Below, in pieces: positions 8,792 to 18,284 of a stretch of DNA of 64,000 nucleotides. Positions within the stretch are counted from its first letter, which is position 1, and each line of letters opens with the position of its first letter. The translations under genes and the position numbers were made by a program. The notes beneath the pieces are model-generated. The model was given only the letters and a program-made list of their open reading frames with translations. It was not told where the DNA came from and did no database searches. The stretch is from positions 90,201 to 154,200 of the forward strand of contig SFJO01000002.1 of assembly GCA_004555865.1 (NCBI GenBank). The letters run 5' to 3'. The DNA comes from Oscillospiraceae bacterium. Lineage in GTDB: Bacteria > Bacillota > Clostridia > Oscillospirales > Ruminococcaceae.

Positions 8792-9895
8792 TTATTCAGC
8801 AGCCTTGGCAGCCTTGATGGAAGCGATCAGCTGAGGCACGACCTTGAACAGGTCGCCGCAGATGCCGTAATCGGCAACACCGAAGATGGGAGCCATGTCG
8901 TTCTTGTTCACGGCAATGATCATCTCGGAGTCCTGCATACCGGCGACATGCTGAATGGCGCCGGAGATACCCAGAGCCACGTAGATCTTGGGATGCACGG
9001 TCTTACCGGTCTGGCCGACCTGATGGTCAGAGCTGATCCAGCCGGAGTCAACCACAGCACGGGAAGCGCCCACGACGCCGCCCAGCTCAGCAGCCAGCTC
9101 CTCGGCCAGCTTGATGCCAGCCTGAGGATCCTTGCTGATACCACGGCCCACAGACACAACCACGTCGGCGCCGATCAGGTCAACCATCTTCTTGGCAGCC
9201 TTCTCGATGCTCAGAACCTTGGTCTTGCAGTCAGCCTCGGTCAGCTCGAAGGCGGGCTTCACGATCTGGCAGGCCTCAGCCTTGGCAGCGTCAAACGCGC
9301 TCTTCTTCATAACGCCGGGACGGACGGTGGACATCTGAGGACGGAAACGGGGGCAGATGATGGTAGCCATCAGATGGCCGCCGAAAGCGGGACGGGTCAT
9401 CTTCAGGTTACGATCTTCCATGTCGAACTTCTGGCTGTCCACATCGATGGTGGAGGAGGTGCGCAGGAAGTCCATGTACTTGGCGGTGTCGATGTCCAGG
9501 TGAGTGGCATCGGCGGTCAGGCCGGTGTGCAGACGAGCAGCGCAGCGGGGGCCCAGGTCACGGCCGATGTTGGTCGCGCCGATCAGGAACACCTCGGGCT
9601 TGTACTCGTGGATCACATCGCAGATAACCTTGGTGTAGGCATCGGTGGTGTAGTCCTTCAGCAGGGGGCTGTCGCAAACCAGAACCTTATCGGCGCCGTA
9701 GCCGCCCAGTTCCTTCGCAATGCCCTCAACGTTCTCGCCCAGCAGCAGGCCGGACAGCTCGCAGCCCAGCTCGTCGGCCAGCTTGCGGGCCTCGCTGATC
9801 AGCTCAAAGTCGGTGGGCATCAGCTTGCCCTCGCGCTGCTCGCAGAAAACCCAAACGCCCTTAAAGGCGGCGGTATCAGTGCAATCGTATGCCAT
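8792..9895 (-). CDS. etfA: Electron transfer flavoprotein subunit alpha (butyryl-CoA dehydrogenase-associated)
   Basis: ORF trimmed to ATG 9895 (MAYDCTD), preceded by AAAGGAGA. FAD-binding C-terminal motifs GASRAVVDSGWISSDHQVGQTGKTVHPKIYVALGISGAIQH are present. Sits directly after etfB and bcd. Confidence 0.93.
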   Translation of the reverse strand: MAYDCTDTAAFKGVWVFCEQREGKLMPTDFELISEARKLADELGCELSGLLLGENVEGIAKELGGYGADKVLVCDSPLLKDYTTDAYTKVICDVIHEYKPEVFLIGATNIGRDLGPRCAARLHTGLTADATHLDIDTAKYMDFLRTSSTIDVDSQKFDMEDRNLKMTRPAFGGHLMATIICPRFRPQMSTVRPGVMKKSAFDAAKAEACQIVKPAFELTEADCKTKVLSIEKAAKKMVDLIGADVVVSVGRGISKDPQAGIKLAEELAAELGGVVGASRAVVDSGWISSDHQVGQTGKTVHPKIYVALGISGAIQHVAGMQDSEMIIAVNKNDMAPIFGVADYGICGDLFKVVPQLIASIKAAKAAE

Positions 9896-9915
9896 AGTTG
9901 GTGAATCTCCTTTCA

Positions 9916-10710
9916 TCAAATCAGGTGCTTAGCAGCCAGAATACCGGCCATCTGAGCAGCGACGTCATCACCCTCCAGCATGGTGCCGGCGCCCTTCTGG
10001 GGCGGGGTGAAGGACTTGAACACGTTCGTCGGGGAGCCCTTCAGGCCGATGGTATCGACCTCGATCAGGGGATCGTCCTTCAGAGCGTTGTAGTCGAACA
10101 CGTCCATGGGCTTGGAGTAGCACTCGAAGATGCCGCCAACGGACATATAACGGGGCTCGTTCAGCTCCTTAACGCAGGTCAGCAGGCAGGGGGTCTCGGC
10201 CTGAATCATCATGAAGCCGTCCTCCAGCATGCGCTTGGCGGTCACAACGCCGTCCTCCACCTTCACGTCAGCCACATAGGTGATCTGAGGCAGGTGCAGC
10301 TTCTCAGCGATCTGAGGACCAACCTGAGCGGTATCGCCATCGATGGCCTGACGGCCGCAGAAGACAACATCGCCCTTTTCCACGCCGATCTTGTTGATGG
10401 CAGCGGCCAGGATCTGAGAGGTAGCGAAGGTATCGCTGCCGCCGAACTCACGGCCGGAAACCAGCACGGCACGGTCAGCGCCGCGGGCAATCAGTTCACG
10501 CAGCATGCCCTCTGCCGGCGGGGGACCCATGGTGACCACGACAACTTCGCAGCCGGTCTGATCCTTCAGACGCAGAGCAGCCTCAACAGCAGCCAGGTCA
10601 TCGGGGTTGGTGATGGTGGCCATGGACGCACGGTCCAGGGTGCCGTTCTCGTTCACCGCAACCTTACCGGAGGTATCGGGAACCTGTTTCACACAAACAA
10701 TTGCTTTCAT
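9916..10710 (-). CDS. etfB: Electron transfer flavoprotein subunit beta
   Basis: 264 aa starting MKAIVCVKQVPDTSGKVAVNENGTLDR, a typical EtfB N-terminus. AAGGAGG RBS. Lies between bcd and etfA. Confidence 0.93.
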   Translation of the reverse strand: MKAIVCVKQVPDTSGKVAVNENGTLDRASMATITNPDDLAAVEAALRLKDQTGCEVVVVTMGPPPAEGMLRELIARGADRAVLVSGREFGGSDTFATSQILAAAINKIGVEKGDVVFCGRQAIDGDTAQVGPQIAEKLHLPQITYVADVKVEDGVVTAKRMLEDGFMMIQAETPCLLTCVKELNEPRYMSVGGIFECYSKPMDVFDYNALKDDPLIEVDTIGLKGSPTNVFKSFTPPQKGAGTMLEGDDVAAQMAGILAAKHLI

Positions 10711-10724
10711 CTCGTTTTGCCTCC

Positions 10725-11894
10725 TTACTTCAGCAGATCGCCGGAAATAACCATCATCTGCACTTCGCTGGTGCCCTCGTAGATCTCAGTGATCTTGGCA
10801 TCGCGCATCATGCGCTCGATGGGGTAGTCACGGGTGTAGCCGTAACCGCCGAACAGCTGCAGGCAGCGACGGGTCACATCGCTGGCGGTGCGGGCGGCGA
10901 TCAGCTTCGCCTCAGCGGCCTCCACGGTGTAGTGCTCCTTGGAGCCCTCCATGGCAGCCTGCTTCTTCATGGCAGCACGGTAAACCAGCAGACGGGCAGC
11001 CTCCACACGGGCCTTCATCTCAGCCAGCTCGAACTGAGTGTTCTGGAACTGAGCGATGCTGCGGCCGAACTGCTTGCGCTCCTTGACGTAGGCAACGGTC
11101 TCGTCCAGAGCACCCTGAGCAATGCCCAGAGCCTGAGAAGCGATGCCGATACGGCCGCCGTCCAGAGTCTTCATAGCAATCTGGAAGCCCTTGCCCTTGA
11201 CGCCCAGCAGACGATCCTTGGGGATCTTGCAGTCTTCCATGATCAGCTCGCAGGTAGAAGAGCCACGGATGCCCATCTTCTTCTCATGCTTACCGACGGA
11301 GAAGCCCTCATCGGTGCGCTCCACGATGAACGCGCTGATCTCCTTAACCTTGCGGCCCTTCTTGTTCACAACGGTACCGGTCACGGCGATGATGATGAAC
11401 ACATTGGCGTAGCCAGCGTTGGTGATGAAGATCTTGGAGCCGTTCAGCAGCCAGTAATCGCCCATATCCACGGCGGTGGTCTGCTGGCCCTGCGCGTCGG
11501 TGCCGGCGCCGGGCTCGGTCAGGCCGAAGGCGCCAATCCACTCGCCGCTGCACAGCTTGGGCAGGTACTTCATCTTCTGCTCCTCGGTGCCGTTCTCAAA
11601 GATGGGAGCGGCGCACAGGGAGGTGTGAGCGGAAACGATAACACCGGTGGTGCCGCAGACCTTGCTCAGCTCTTCAACGGCCATCGCGTAAGACAGCACG
11701 TCAGCGCCGGCTCCGCCGTACTTCTTGGGGAAGTAGATGCCCATCATGCCCAGCTTGGCCATCTTGGCCACGGTCTCCTCGGGATAGCGCTCCTGCTCAT
11801 CCACTTCGGCGGCCAGAGGCTTGACTTCGTTCTGAGCGAACTCACGGTACATCTTCTGAACCATCAGCTGCTCTTTGCTCAAGGTAAAATCCAT
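10725..11894 (-). CDS. bcd: Butyryl-CoA dehydrogenase (short-chain acyl-CoA dehydrogenase)
   Basis: 389-aa acyl-CoA dehydrogenase fold (GAFGLTEPGAGTDA, QLFGGYGYTRDYPIERMMRDAKITEIYEGTSEVQ). Operon context is with etfBA, hbd, crt and thl. Confidence 0.93.
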   Translation of the reverse strand: MDFTLSKEQLMVQKMYREFAQNEVKPLAAEVDEQERYPEETVAKMAKLGMMGIYFPKKYGGAGADVLSYAMAVEELSKVCGTTGVIVSAHTSLCAAPIFENGTEEQKMKYLPKLCSGEWIGAFGLTEPGAGTDAQGQQTTAVDMGDYWLLNGSKIFITNAGYANVFIIIAVTGTVVNKKGRKVKEISAFIVERTDEGFSVGKHEKKMGIRGSSTCELIMEDCKIPKDRLLGVKGKGFQIAMKTLDGGRIGIASQALGIAQGALDETVAYVKERKQFGRSIAQFQNTQFELAEMKARVEAARLLVYRAAMKKQAAMEGSKEHYTVEAAEAKLIAARTASDVTRRCLQLFGGYGYTRDYPIERMMRDAKITEIYEGTSEVQMMVISGDLLK

Positions 11895-11975
11895 GGTAAG
11901 TCCTCCAGTTTCTTTAATATATGTAACCCATACCAGGGGCGGGCATCCGCTACCCGCCCCTGATGGGGAACATGT

Positions 11976-12818
11976 TTACTTGCTGTAGTTGTAGAAACCG
12001 ACGCCGGTCTTGCGGCCCAGCTTGCCGCCACGAACCATCTTCTTCAGCAGAGGATGGGGGCGATACTTGGGATCGCCGGTCTCGTCATACAGCACATTCA
12101 TGATAGCCAGCACGATGTCCAGGCCCACCAGGTCGCCCAGCTCCAGGGGACCCATGGGATGGTTGGCGCCCAGCTTCATGGCGGTGTCGATGCCCTCAAC
12201 CGAGGCAACGCCATCGGCGTAGATGCCGATGCCTTCGTTGATCATGGGGATCAGGATGCGGTTGACCACGAAGCCGGCGGCCTCGTTCACCTGCACGGGG
12301 GTCTTGCCGATCTCAACGCTGATGGCCTTGATCTTCTCAACCACCTCATCGGGGGTGTTCAGGCCGGCGATGACCTCAACCAGCTTCATAACCGGAGCGG
12401 GGTTGAAGAAGTGCATGCCAACCACAGGGCGGTTGATGCCCTTGCCGATCTCGGTGATGGACAGGCTGGAGGTGTTGGTGGCAAAAATCACGTCGGGGTT
12501 CTTGCAGATGGTCTCCAGCTCCTTGAAGGTCTGCTGCTTCACAGCCATGACTTCCAGAGCAGCCTCAACAACCAGATCGCAATCGGTGCAGATGTCCTTC
12601 ACGCCGGTGTGGATCTTGTTCAGGATGGCATCGGCAGCAGCCTGATCCATCTTGCCCTTGGCGATGCGCTTCTCAAAACCAGCAGCGATTTTCTTCTTGC
12701 CGTTGGCGGCAAACTCCTCGTTGATGTCGCACAGATAAACTTCGTAGCCCTCAGCCTGAGCAAAGGCCTGGGCAATGCCGGAACCCATGGTGCCGGCGCC
12801 AATGATACCAACCTTCAT
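11976..12818 (-). CDS. hbd: 3-hydroxybutyryl-CoA dehydrogenase
   Basis: Trimmed to ATG 12818 ([17 protein letters not shown], Rossmann GxGxxG), preceded by GGAGGA. 280 aa. Confidence 0.93.
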   Translation of the reverse strand: MKVGIIGAGTMGSGIAQAFAQAEGYEVYLCDINEEFAANGKKKIAAGFEKRIAKGKMDQAAADAILNKIHTGVKDICTDCDLVVEAALEVMAVKQQTFKELETICKNPDVIFATNTSSLSITEIGKGINRPVVGMHFFNPAPVMKLVEVIAGLNTPDEVVEKIKAISVEIGKTPVQVNEAAGFVVNRILIPMINEGIGIYADGVASVEGIDTAMKLGANHPMGPLELGDLVGLDIVLAIMNVLYDETGDPKYRPHPLLKKMVRGGKLGRKTGVGFYNYSK

Positions 12819-12939
12819 GGTAGGATCCTCCATAATTCAGCGCAATGCGCTTGTTTGATGTTTAACGTTATTTTTTTGACATTCCGGAGTAAAGAACGGC
12901 GACCGGCTGTTGTGCCAGCCGCCGTTCTTCCGAAATTGA

Positions 12940-13725
12940 TCAGTTGTTGGTGAAAACCGCCTTGGGCTTCGGCTTTTCCTTGGAGAGGAAGCAGCCCATG
13001 CCCTCCTTCTGGTCGTGGGTCTCGAAGCAAGCGCCGAAGAGCTTTTCCTCAATCACCACAGCCTCGTCCATACCAACTTCTAGGCCCTCGTTGATGGCCT
13101 TCTTGCAGTTGCGCACGGCGATGGGAGCGTTGCGGGCGATCTTGCCCGCCAGCTTCATGGCGTTCTCCATCAGTTCCGCCTGCGGATACACCGCATTCAC
13201 CAGGCCAATGCGCAGGGCCTCGTCCGCCTTGATGTTCGCGGCGGTGTAGACCAGCTGCTTGGCCATTCCGGGGCCAACCAGGCGCGCCAGGCGCTGCGTG
13301 CCGCCGAAACCGGGGGTGATGCCCAGGCCAACCTCGGGCTGGCCGAACATGGCGTTGTCAGAGCAGATGCGGAAGTCGCAGCACATGGCCAGCTCGTTGC
13401 CGCCGCCCAGAGCGAAACCGTTCACCGCAGCGATCACCGGGATGGGGAAGGTTTCGATCATGCGGAATACGTCGTTGCCCATTTTGCCGAAGGCTTCGCC
13501 CTCCGCCTTGGTCATCACGCTCATGCTGCCGATGTCGGCGCCGGCCACGAAGCTCTTTTCGCCCGCACCGGTCACCACCACACAGCGGATGGCGTTCTGA
13601 TCAATGCCCTCAAACACGGCCTTCAGATCGGCCAGCACCTGGGGATTCAGAGCGTTCAGGGCTTCGGGGCGGTTGATGGTAACCAGACCCACAGCGCCCT
13701 GCGCTTCATAGTTTACAAAACCCAA
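12940..13725 (-). CDS. crt: Short-chain enoyl-CoA hydratase (crotonase)
   Basis: 261-aa crotonase fold (VVVTGAGEKSFVAGADI, AAVNGFALGGGNELAMCCD). TTG start at 13725 lies 9 nt after AAAGGAG. No in-frame ATG is nearby. Confidence 0.9.
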   Translation of the reverse strand: MGFVNYEAQGAVGLVTINRPEALNALNPQVLADLKAVFEGIDQNAIRCVVVTGAGEKSFVAGADIGSMSVMTKAEGEAFGKMGNDVFRMIETFPIPVIAAVNGFALGGGNELAMCCDFRICSDNAMFGQPEVGLGITPGFGGTQRLARLVGPGMAKQLVYTAANIKADEALRIGLVNAVYPQAELMENAMKLAGKIARNAPIAVRNCKKAINEGLEVGMDEAVVIEEKLFGACFETHDQKEGMGCFLSKEKPKPKAVFTNN

Positions 13726-13776
13726 CTTCGTACACTCCTTTACAGTCGTGTTGATTGGATTGGCGAAAGGCCAAAC

Positions 13777-14994
13777 TCAGTCACGCTCCACGATGGTAGC
13801 GCAGCCCATGCCGCCGCCGATGCACAGGGTAGCCAGGCCCTTGTGAGCGCCGCGATGCTTCATGGCGTACAGCAGGGTGACCAGGATACGAGCGCCGGAA
13901 GCACCCACGGGGTGACCGATGGCGATGGCGCCGCCGTTCACGTTCAGCTTGCTCTGGTCAAAGCCCAGAGCCTCGCCCACGGCGATGGACTGAGCAGCGA
14001 AAGCCTCATTGGCCTCGATCAGGTCCATGTCGTTCACGGTCAGGCCAGCCTTGGCCATGGCCTTCTTGGTGGCGGCGATGGGGCCCAGGCCCATGACCTC
14101 GGGCTCAACACCGGCCAGAGCGCCGGAAACCCAGGTAGCCAGAGGCTCGATGCCCAGCTCCTTGGCCTTCTCCTCGCTCATCACAACGATGGCAGCGGCG
14201 CCGTCGTTGATGGCGGAAGAGTTGCCGGCGGTCACAATGCCGTCGGGCTTGAAGGCGGGCTTCAGCTTCGCCAGGGTCTCCATGGTGCTGGCGCGGGGGC
14301 CTTCGTCGGTATCAAACACGATGTCGCCCTTCTTGCCCTTGATGACAACGGGGACGATCTCTTCCTTGAAGGCGCCGTCGGCGATGGCCTTCACGGCCTT
14401 CTCCTGGCTGTGGCAAGCGAAGGCATCCAGCTGCTCACGGTTGATGGGGCTGTAGCCGTACTTCTTCTGGTAGGTCTCGTTGGTGCAGATGTTCTCAGCG
14501 GTCATGCCCATGTGCTTGTTGAAGCCGGTAGCATCCCACAGAGCATCGTTGACCATGGTATCGATCAGCTCGCTCTTGCCCATGGGAGCGCCCATGCGGT
14601 AGCCGTAGCGGCCCTTCATCATAGCGAAGGGAGCCATGTTCATGTTCTCCATACCGCCAGCAACCACGATGTCGGCATCGCCGGCCTCGATCATCTGAGC
14701 GGCCATGTTCACGCAGTTCAGGCCGGAACCGCAAACAACGTTCACGGTCACAGCGGGGGTCTCGATGGGCAGGCCAGCCTTCAGAGCGGCCTGACGGGCA
14801 ACGTTCTGGCCCAGACCGGCCTGGATAACGCAGCCCATGTACACATGGTCAACCTGCTCGGGCTTCACGCCGGCGCGGTTCAGAGCTTCCTTGATCACGA
14901 TGGAGCCCAGCTCAGCAGCGGGCACATTTGCCAGAGTACCGCCGAACTTGCCAACAGCAGTACGGCAGGCGCTGGCCAAAACAATCTTTTTCAT
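13777..14994 (-). CDS. thlA: Acetyl-CoA acetyltransferase (thiolase)
   Basis: Trimmed to ATG 14994 ([19 protein letters not shown]), preceded by AAGGAGG. Thiolase active-site motifs [10 protein letters not shown] and [25 protein letters not shown] are present. Confidence 0.93.
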   Translation of the reverse strand: MKKIVLASACRTAVGKFGGTLANVPAAELGSIVIKEALNRAGVKPEQVDHVYMGCVIQAGLGQNVARQAALKAGLPIETPAVTVNVVCGSGLNCVNMAAQMIEAGDADIVVAGGMENMNMAPFAMMKGRYGYRMGAPMGKSELIDTMVNDALWDATGFNKHMGMTAENICTNETYQKKYGYSPINREQLDAFACHSQEKAVKAIADGAFKEEIVPVVIKGKKGDIVFDTDEGPRASTMETLAKLKPAFKPDGIVTAGNSSAINDGAAAIVVMSEEKAKELGIEPLATWVSGALAGVEPEVMGLGPIAATKKAMAKAGLTVNDMDLIEANEAFAAQSIAVGEALGFDQSKLNVNGGAIAIGHPVGASGARILVTLLYAMKHRGAHKGLATLCIGGGMGCATIVERD

Positions 14995-15108
14995 TGGGGT
15001 AACCTCCTTAAGTTCCTGATACATATTTTGCACACACTCTATACAAACCGGGTGTAGGGCCCGGTGTGTATCAAATTAAATAAGAAGCAGCCGGTTTTCA
15101 GCCTCTGC

Positions 15109-15609
15109 TCACCGCGCGGCACCGCCGTGCTTTTCGCGGAACTTCTCTTCCATGCGGCGGGCCACATTGGGGGTCACAAACGAAGAGACATCCGAACCAT
15201 AACAGGCAACTTCCTTCGCTATGGTACTGCTTAAATACGCATATTGCAAGCTTGTTGTGAAAAACATTGTGTCGATGTTCGGCTCCACAATGTGGTTGGT
15301 CTGGGCGATCTGCATCTCGTATTCGAAATCCGTCACCGCGCGCAGGCCGCGCACCATCACGTCTGCCTTCATCTTGCGGGCAAACTCCACCGTCAGCCCG
15401 TCAAATGTTTCCACCTGAACATTGGGCCACTGGGCCGTGCATTCCCGCAGCATCTCCACCCGCTCTTCCACGGTAAACAGCGGCGTTTTTGCACTGTTGG
15501 CCAATACGCCGATGATTACCTCATCCATCACCCGGGCGGCCCGCCCGATGATGTCCAGATGGCCCCGCGTCACAGGATCGAAACTGCCGGGGTAAATTGC
15601 TCGTGCCAT
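15109..15609 (-). CDS. coaD: Phosphopantetheine adenylyltransferase
   Basis: Trimmed to ATG 15609 (MARAIYPGSFDPVTRGHLDII, the HxGH-type nucleotidyltransferase motif of CoaD). 166 aa. Confidence 0.92.
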   Translation of the reverse strand: MARAIYPGSFDPVTRGHLDIIGRAARVMDEVIIGVLANSAKTPLFTVEERVEMLRECTAQWPNVQVETFDGLTVEFARKMKADVMVRGLRAVTDFEYEMQIAQTNHIVEPNIDTMFFTTSLQYAYLSSTIAKEVACYGSDVSSFVTPNVARRMEEKFREKHGGAAR

Positions 15610-15671
15610 AACACTGATCCGTCCTTTAGGAATAACAAAGAGGCGCAGCGCTGCACACTTCACCTAAGACT

Positions 15672-15700
15672 ACTATAACATAGCAGCCTGTCTTTGCCAA
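15672..15700 (-). promoter_or_regulatory. Candidate sigma70 promoter for coaD
   Basis: Minus strand reads TTGGCA-17 nt-TATAGT, about 60 nt upstream of the coaD ATG. Confidence 0.4.
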
Positions 15701-16012
15701 AGATTTATCAATGATTCCACAGAGAAACCGAAAAATTGGCGCAATGCACACAAAAACCGTTGTTTCTTCGGCATTGCCGCTTCATCGTTTCCGCGAACCA
15801 AACCGGCCTGCCGCCCCGCATCCGCCCTTTTCGGCGCATCATGAGGGGGCCTGCCGCCTATTTCTCAACACTCGTCTTGCCCGCCTTGGGCTGCCCCTAT
15901 GGCCGCCCGGCGGAATCGGGCCGCGCCCTTTTCCGTTTCCCTATTTATAATAGGAAGTGCAGGAAAAGAAAGCCCCCGGCAACAGAAAGCCGTGGATTTC
16001 AACCCGGTTTTC

Positions 16013-16041
16013 TTGACCCCTTGTGCGAATGATGTTACAAT
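16013..16041 (+). promoter_or_regulatory. Sigma70 promoter of the CoA-transferase gene
   Basis: TTGACC-17 nt-TACAAT, about 100 nt upstream of ATG 16143. The leader is A/T-rich and ends in GAAAGGA. Confidence 0.6.
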
Positions 16042-16142
16042 GGGGCCAGAGCCTGTATATTCGATATTATAAAGCAAAGCGTCGTAAATGACAATAAAAC
16101 CATCAAAAAAAATCTCAAAGAAAATGAAAGGATTTGTGAACA

Positions 16143-17489
16143 ATGGATCTGAAAGAAATTTATGCTTCGAAATTGGTCAGCGCCGAACAGGCCGCTGCCG
16201 TGGTGAAGTCCGGTGACTGGGTGGATTATGGCTGGACCACCGGCACCCCCGTGGCCGTGGATAAGGCCCTGGCCGCCCGCCTGCCTCAGCTGGAGAACGT
16301 GAATTTCCGCGGCGGCATTCTGATGTGGGTGCCCGAGATCTTCAAGATCGAGGACCCCGCGGCCCACATGACCTGGAACAGCTGGCACATGAGCGGCATT
16401 GAGCGCAAGGCCGTGGCCCAGGGCTTCAGCTTCTATTCCCCCATCCGTTACAGCGAGCTGCCCCGCTATTACCGTGAGTCCGCCAACAAGCCCGACGTGG
16501 CCATCTTCCAGGTTGCCCCCATGGACGAGCACGGCTACTTCAACTTCGGCCCCAACGCCAGCCACATGGCCGCCCTGTGTGAGACTTCCAAGTGCGTCAT
16601 CGTTGAGGTGAACGAGAATATGCCCCGCTGCCTGGGCGGCATGGAGGAGAGCGTCCACGTATCCCAGGTGGATATGATTGTGGAGGGCGACAACCCCACC
16701 ATTGCCGAGATGGGCGGCGCTGCCGCTGCCACTGAGGTGGACCAGGCGGTTGCCAAGCTGATCGTGGAGCAGATCCCCAACGGCGCCTGCCTGCAGTTGG
16801 GCATCGGCGGTATGCCCAACGCCGTGGGCAGCCTGATTGCCCAGAGCGACCTGAAGGACCTGGGCGTTCACACCGAGATGTACGTGGATGCCTTTGTGGA
16901 CATTGCCAACGCCGGCAAGATCACCGGTGCCAACAAGGCCATCGACAAGGGCCGTCAGGTGTACGCCTTTGGTGCGGGCACCAAGAAGCTGTATGACTAC
17001 CTGAACAATAACCCCGCCTGCATGAGCGCCCCCGTGGATTACACCAACGACGTGCGCACCATCAGCCAGCTGGACAACTTCATGTCCATCAACAACGCGG
17101 TGGACCTGGACCTGTTCGGTCAGGTAAACGCCGAGAGCGCCGGTGTGAAGAACATCAGCGGTGCAGGCGGCCAGCTGGACTTCGTACTGGGTGCCTACCT
17201 GTCCAAGGGCGGCAAGAGCTTCATCTGCTGCTCTTCCACTTTCATGGACAAAAAGACCGGCCAGCTGCAGAGCCGCATTCGCCCCACCCTGGCCAACGGC
17301 TCCATCGTGACCGATACCCGCGCCAACATTCACTATCTGGTAACCGAGTACGGCCTGGTCAACCTGAAGGGCCTGTCCACCTGGCAGAAGGCGGAGGCCA
17401 TCATCTCCGTGGCACACCCCGACTTCCGTGACCAGCTGATCGCCGACGCCGAAAAGATGCACATCTGGCGCCGCAGCAACAAGCGCTGA
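16143..17489 (+). CDS. but: Butyryl-CoA:acetate CoA-transferase (acetyl-CoA hydrolase/transferase family)
   Basis: 448-aa 4-hydroxybutyrate-CoA-transferase-like protein ([19 protein letters not shown]). It is placed next to the butyryl-CoA operon, as in butyrate producers that use the CoA-transferase route. Confidence 0.88.
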   Translation: MDLKEIYASKLVSAEQAAAVVKSGDWVDYGWTTGTPVAVDKALAARLPQLENVNFRGGILMWVPEIFKIEDPAAHMTWNSWHMSGIERKAVAQGFSFYSPIRYSELPRYYRESANKPDVAIFQVAPMDEHGYFNFGPNASHMAALCETSKCVIVEVNENMPRCLGGMEESVHVSQVDMIVEGDNPTIAEMGGAAAATEVDQAVAKLIVEQIPNGACLQLGIGGMPNAVGSLIAQSDLKDLGVHTEMYVDAFVDIANAGKITGANKAIDKGRQVYAFGAGTKKLYDYLNNNPACMSAPVDYTNDVRTISQLDNFMSINNAVDLDLFGQVNAESAGVKNISGAGGQLDFVLGAYLSKGGKSFICCSSTFMDKKTGQLQSRIRPTLANGSIVTDTRANIHYLVTEYGLVNLKGLSTWQKAEAIISVAHPDFRDQLIADAEKMHIWRRSNKR

Positions 17490-17553
17490 GTTTGAATCGG
17501 AACCCATTCTGCGTTAAGAGTTTGTCTTGATTCTGGTCTACCAATTGCAATAA

Positions 17554-17624
17554 AACGCCCCGGCTGCATGGCCGTTTCCTTTCATTGAGGAACTCGCAAT
17601 GCCGCCGGGGCGTTTCGTTGTTTC
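17554..17624 (+). terminator. Possible terminator after the CoA-transferase gene (long-loop hairpin)
   Basis: AACGCCCCGGC (17554-17564) pairs perfectly with GCCGGGGCGTT (17604-17614) and is followed by TCGTTGTTTC. The loop of about 39 nt is unusually long. Confidence 0.4.
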
Positions 17625-17881
17625 AGGCGCGCTTATCCCGTCGGGCGTATCGGATCGTTTGTGCGGTTTATGAAGCCATGGGCACCGTGCGAGCTTGGCA
17701 GCAGCCGATTGAGCTTGGCACTGGGAATTCAGGAGGTGGGTTCAGCTGCTGGCAGGCCCCCTTGCGAGGGCGATGTTCCGGCTGCTGTTCCGCCGCGTGA
17801 ACGAAACCGAAGAAGCCGCGGTTGAAAAAGAGCTGCGGAACGAGGGCATTGCGGAGTAAATAACCGCCATGCATGAAATTT

Positions 17882-17932
17882 AATGGATGCCCAAGGGACA
17901 AAATCCCCCCCTTGGACATCCATTACTTTTTT
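17882..17932 (+). terminator. Strong hairpin plus T-tract with no obvious gene upstream
   Basis: AATGGATGCCCAAGGG / CCCTTGGACATCCATT (15 of 16 bp) followed by ACTTTTTT. It lies about 400 nt after the nearest plus-strand stop. Confidence 0.55.
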
Positions 17933-18025
17933 ATATCATGTTTTTTACAAATTCAGATTCTCCACAGACCTTTGGCCTTTTCAAATAAAATGTATCCAAC
18001 CATTAAAGTTACTCTTTGAATGCAG

Positions 18026-18050
18026 AAAAACCGCCAAAAAGGCGGTTTTT
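18026..18050. terminator. Bidirectional hairpin terminator at the 3' side of tRNA-Pro
   Basis: AAAAACCGCC-AAAAA-GGCGGTTTTT, with A/T tracts on both sides. It lies 10 nt beyond the tRNA 3' end on the minus strand. Confidence 0.6.
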
Positions 18051-18060
18051 CTGCGAAAGG

Positions 18061-18136
18061 TGGTCCGAGTGACAGGATTCGAACCTGCGGCATCCTGCTC
18101 CCAAAGCAGGCGCGCTACCAACTGCGCTACACCCGG
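18061..18136 (-). tRNA. tRNA-Pro (anticodon UGG)
   Basis: Reverse complement CCGGGTGTAGCGCAGTTGGTAGCGCGCCTGCTTTGGGAGCAGGATGCCGCAGGTTCGAATCCTGTCACTCGGACCA folds by hand into a cloverleaf. It has a 7-bp acceptor, D arm GCGC/GCGC, anticodon loop TTTGGGA, T loop TTCGAAT and an encoded CCA. Confidence 0.92.
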
Positions 18137-18178
18137 TTGTATACTGCTGCGGCAAAACGGCATCCCGCCGCAACAGTT

Positions 18179-18207
18179 ATTATACTGAATTTTTCAGAGG
18201 CCGTCAA
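18179..18207 (-). promoter_or_regulatory. Sigma70 promoter of tRNA-Pro
   Basis: Minus strand reads TTGACG-17 nt-TATAAT, about 42 nt upstream of the mature tRNA 5' end. Confidence 0.6.
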
Positions 18208-18284
18208 TGTGCGGGCCGCAACTTTGTCCTTGCCTGCTGCAAAATACCGCTTTCACCGCATTGCAGCAAAACGCTCAGCATCCC

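Noticed and set aside
15664-16012. Possible regulatory RNA or small gene in the 350-bp GC-rich stretch between the coaD and CoA-transferase promoters
   Set aside because: No ORF with an RBS, no terminator and no repeated or palindromic signal beyond a short CCTAT-N5-ATAGG. The evidence is insufficient.
17713-17859. Small ORF ending ...MFRLLFRRVNETEEAAVEKELRNEGIAE before the orphan terminator
   Set aside because: The only ATG gives 28 codons with a GAGGG placed about 3 nt from it. The longer frame has no start codon. It is treated as a possible gene remnant, not a CDS.
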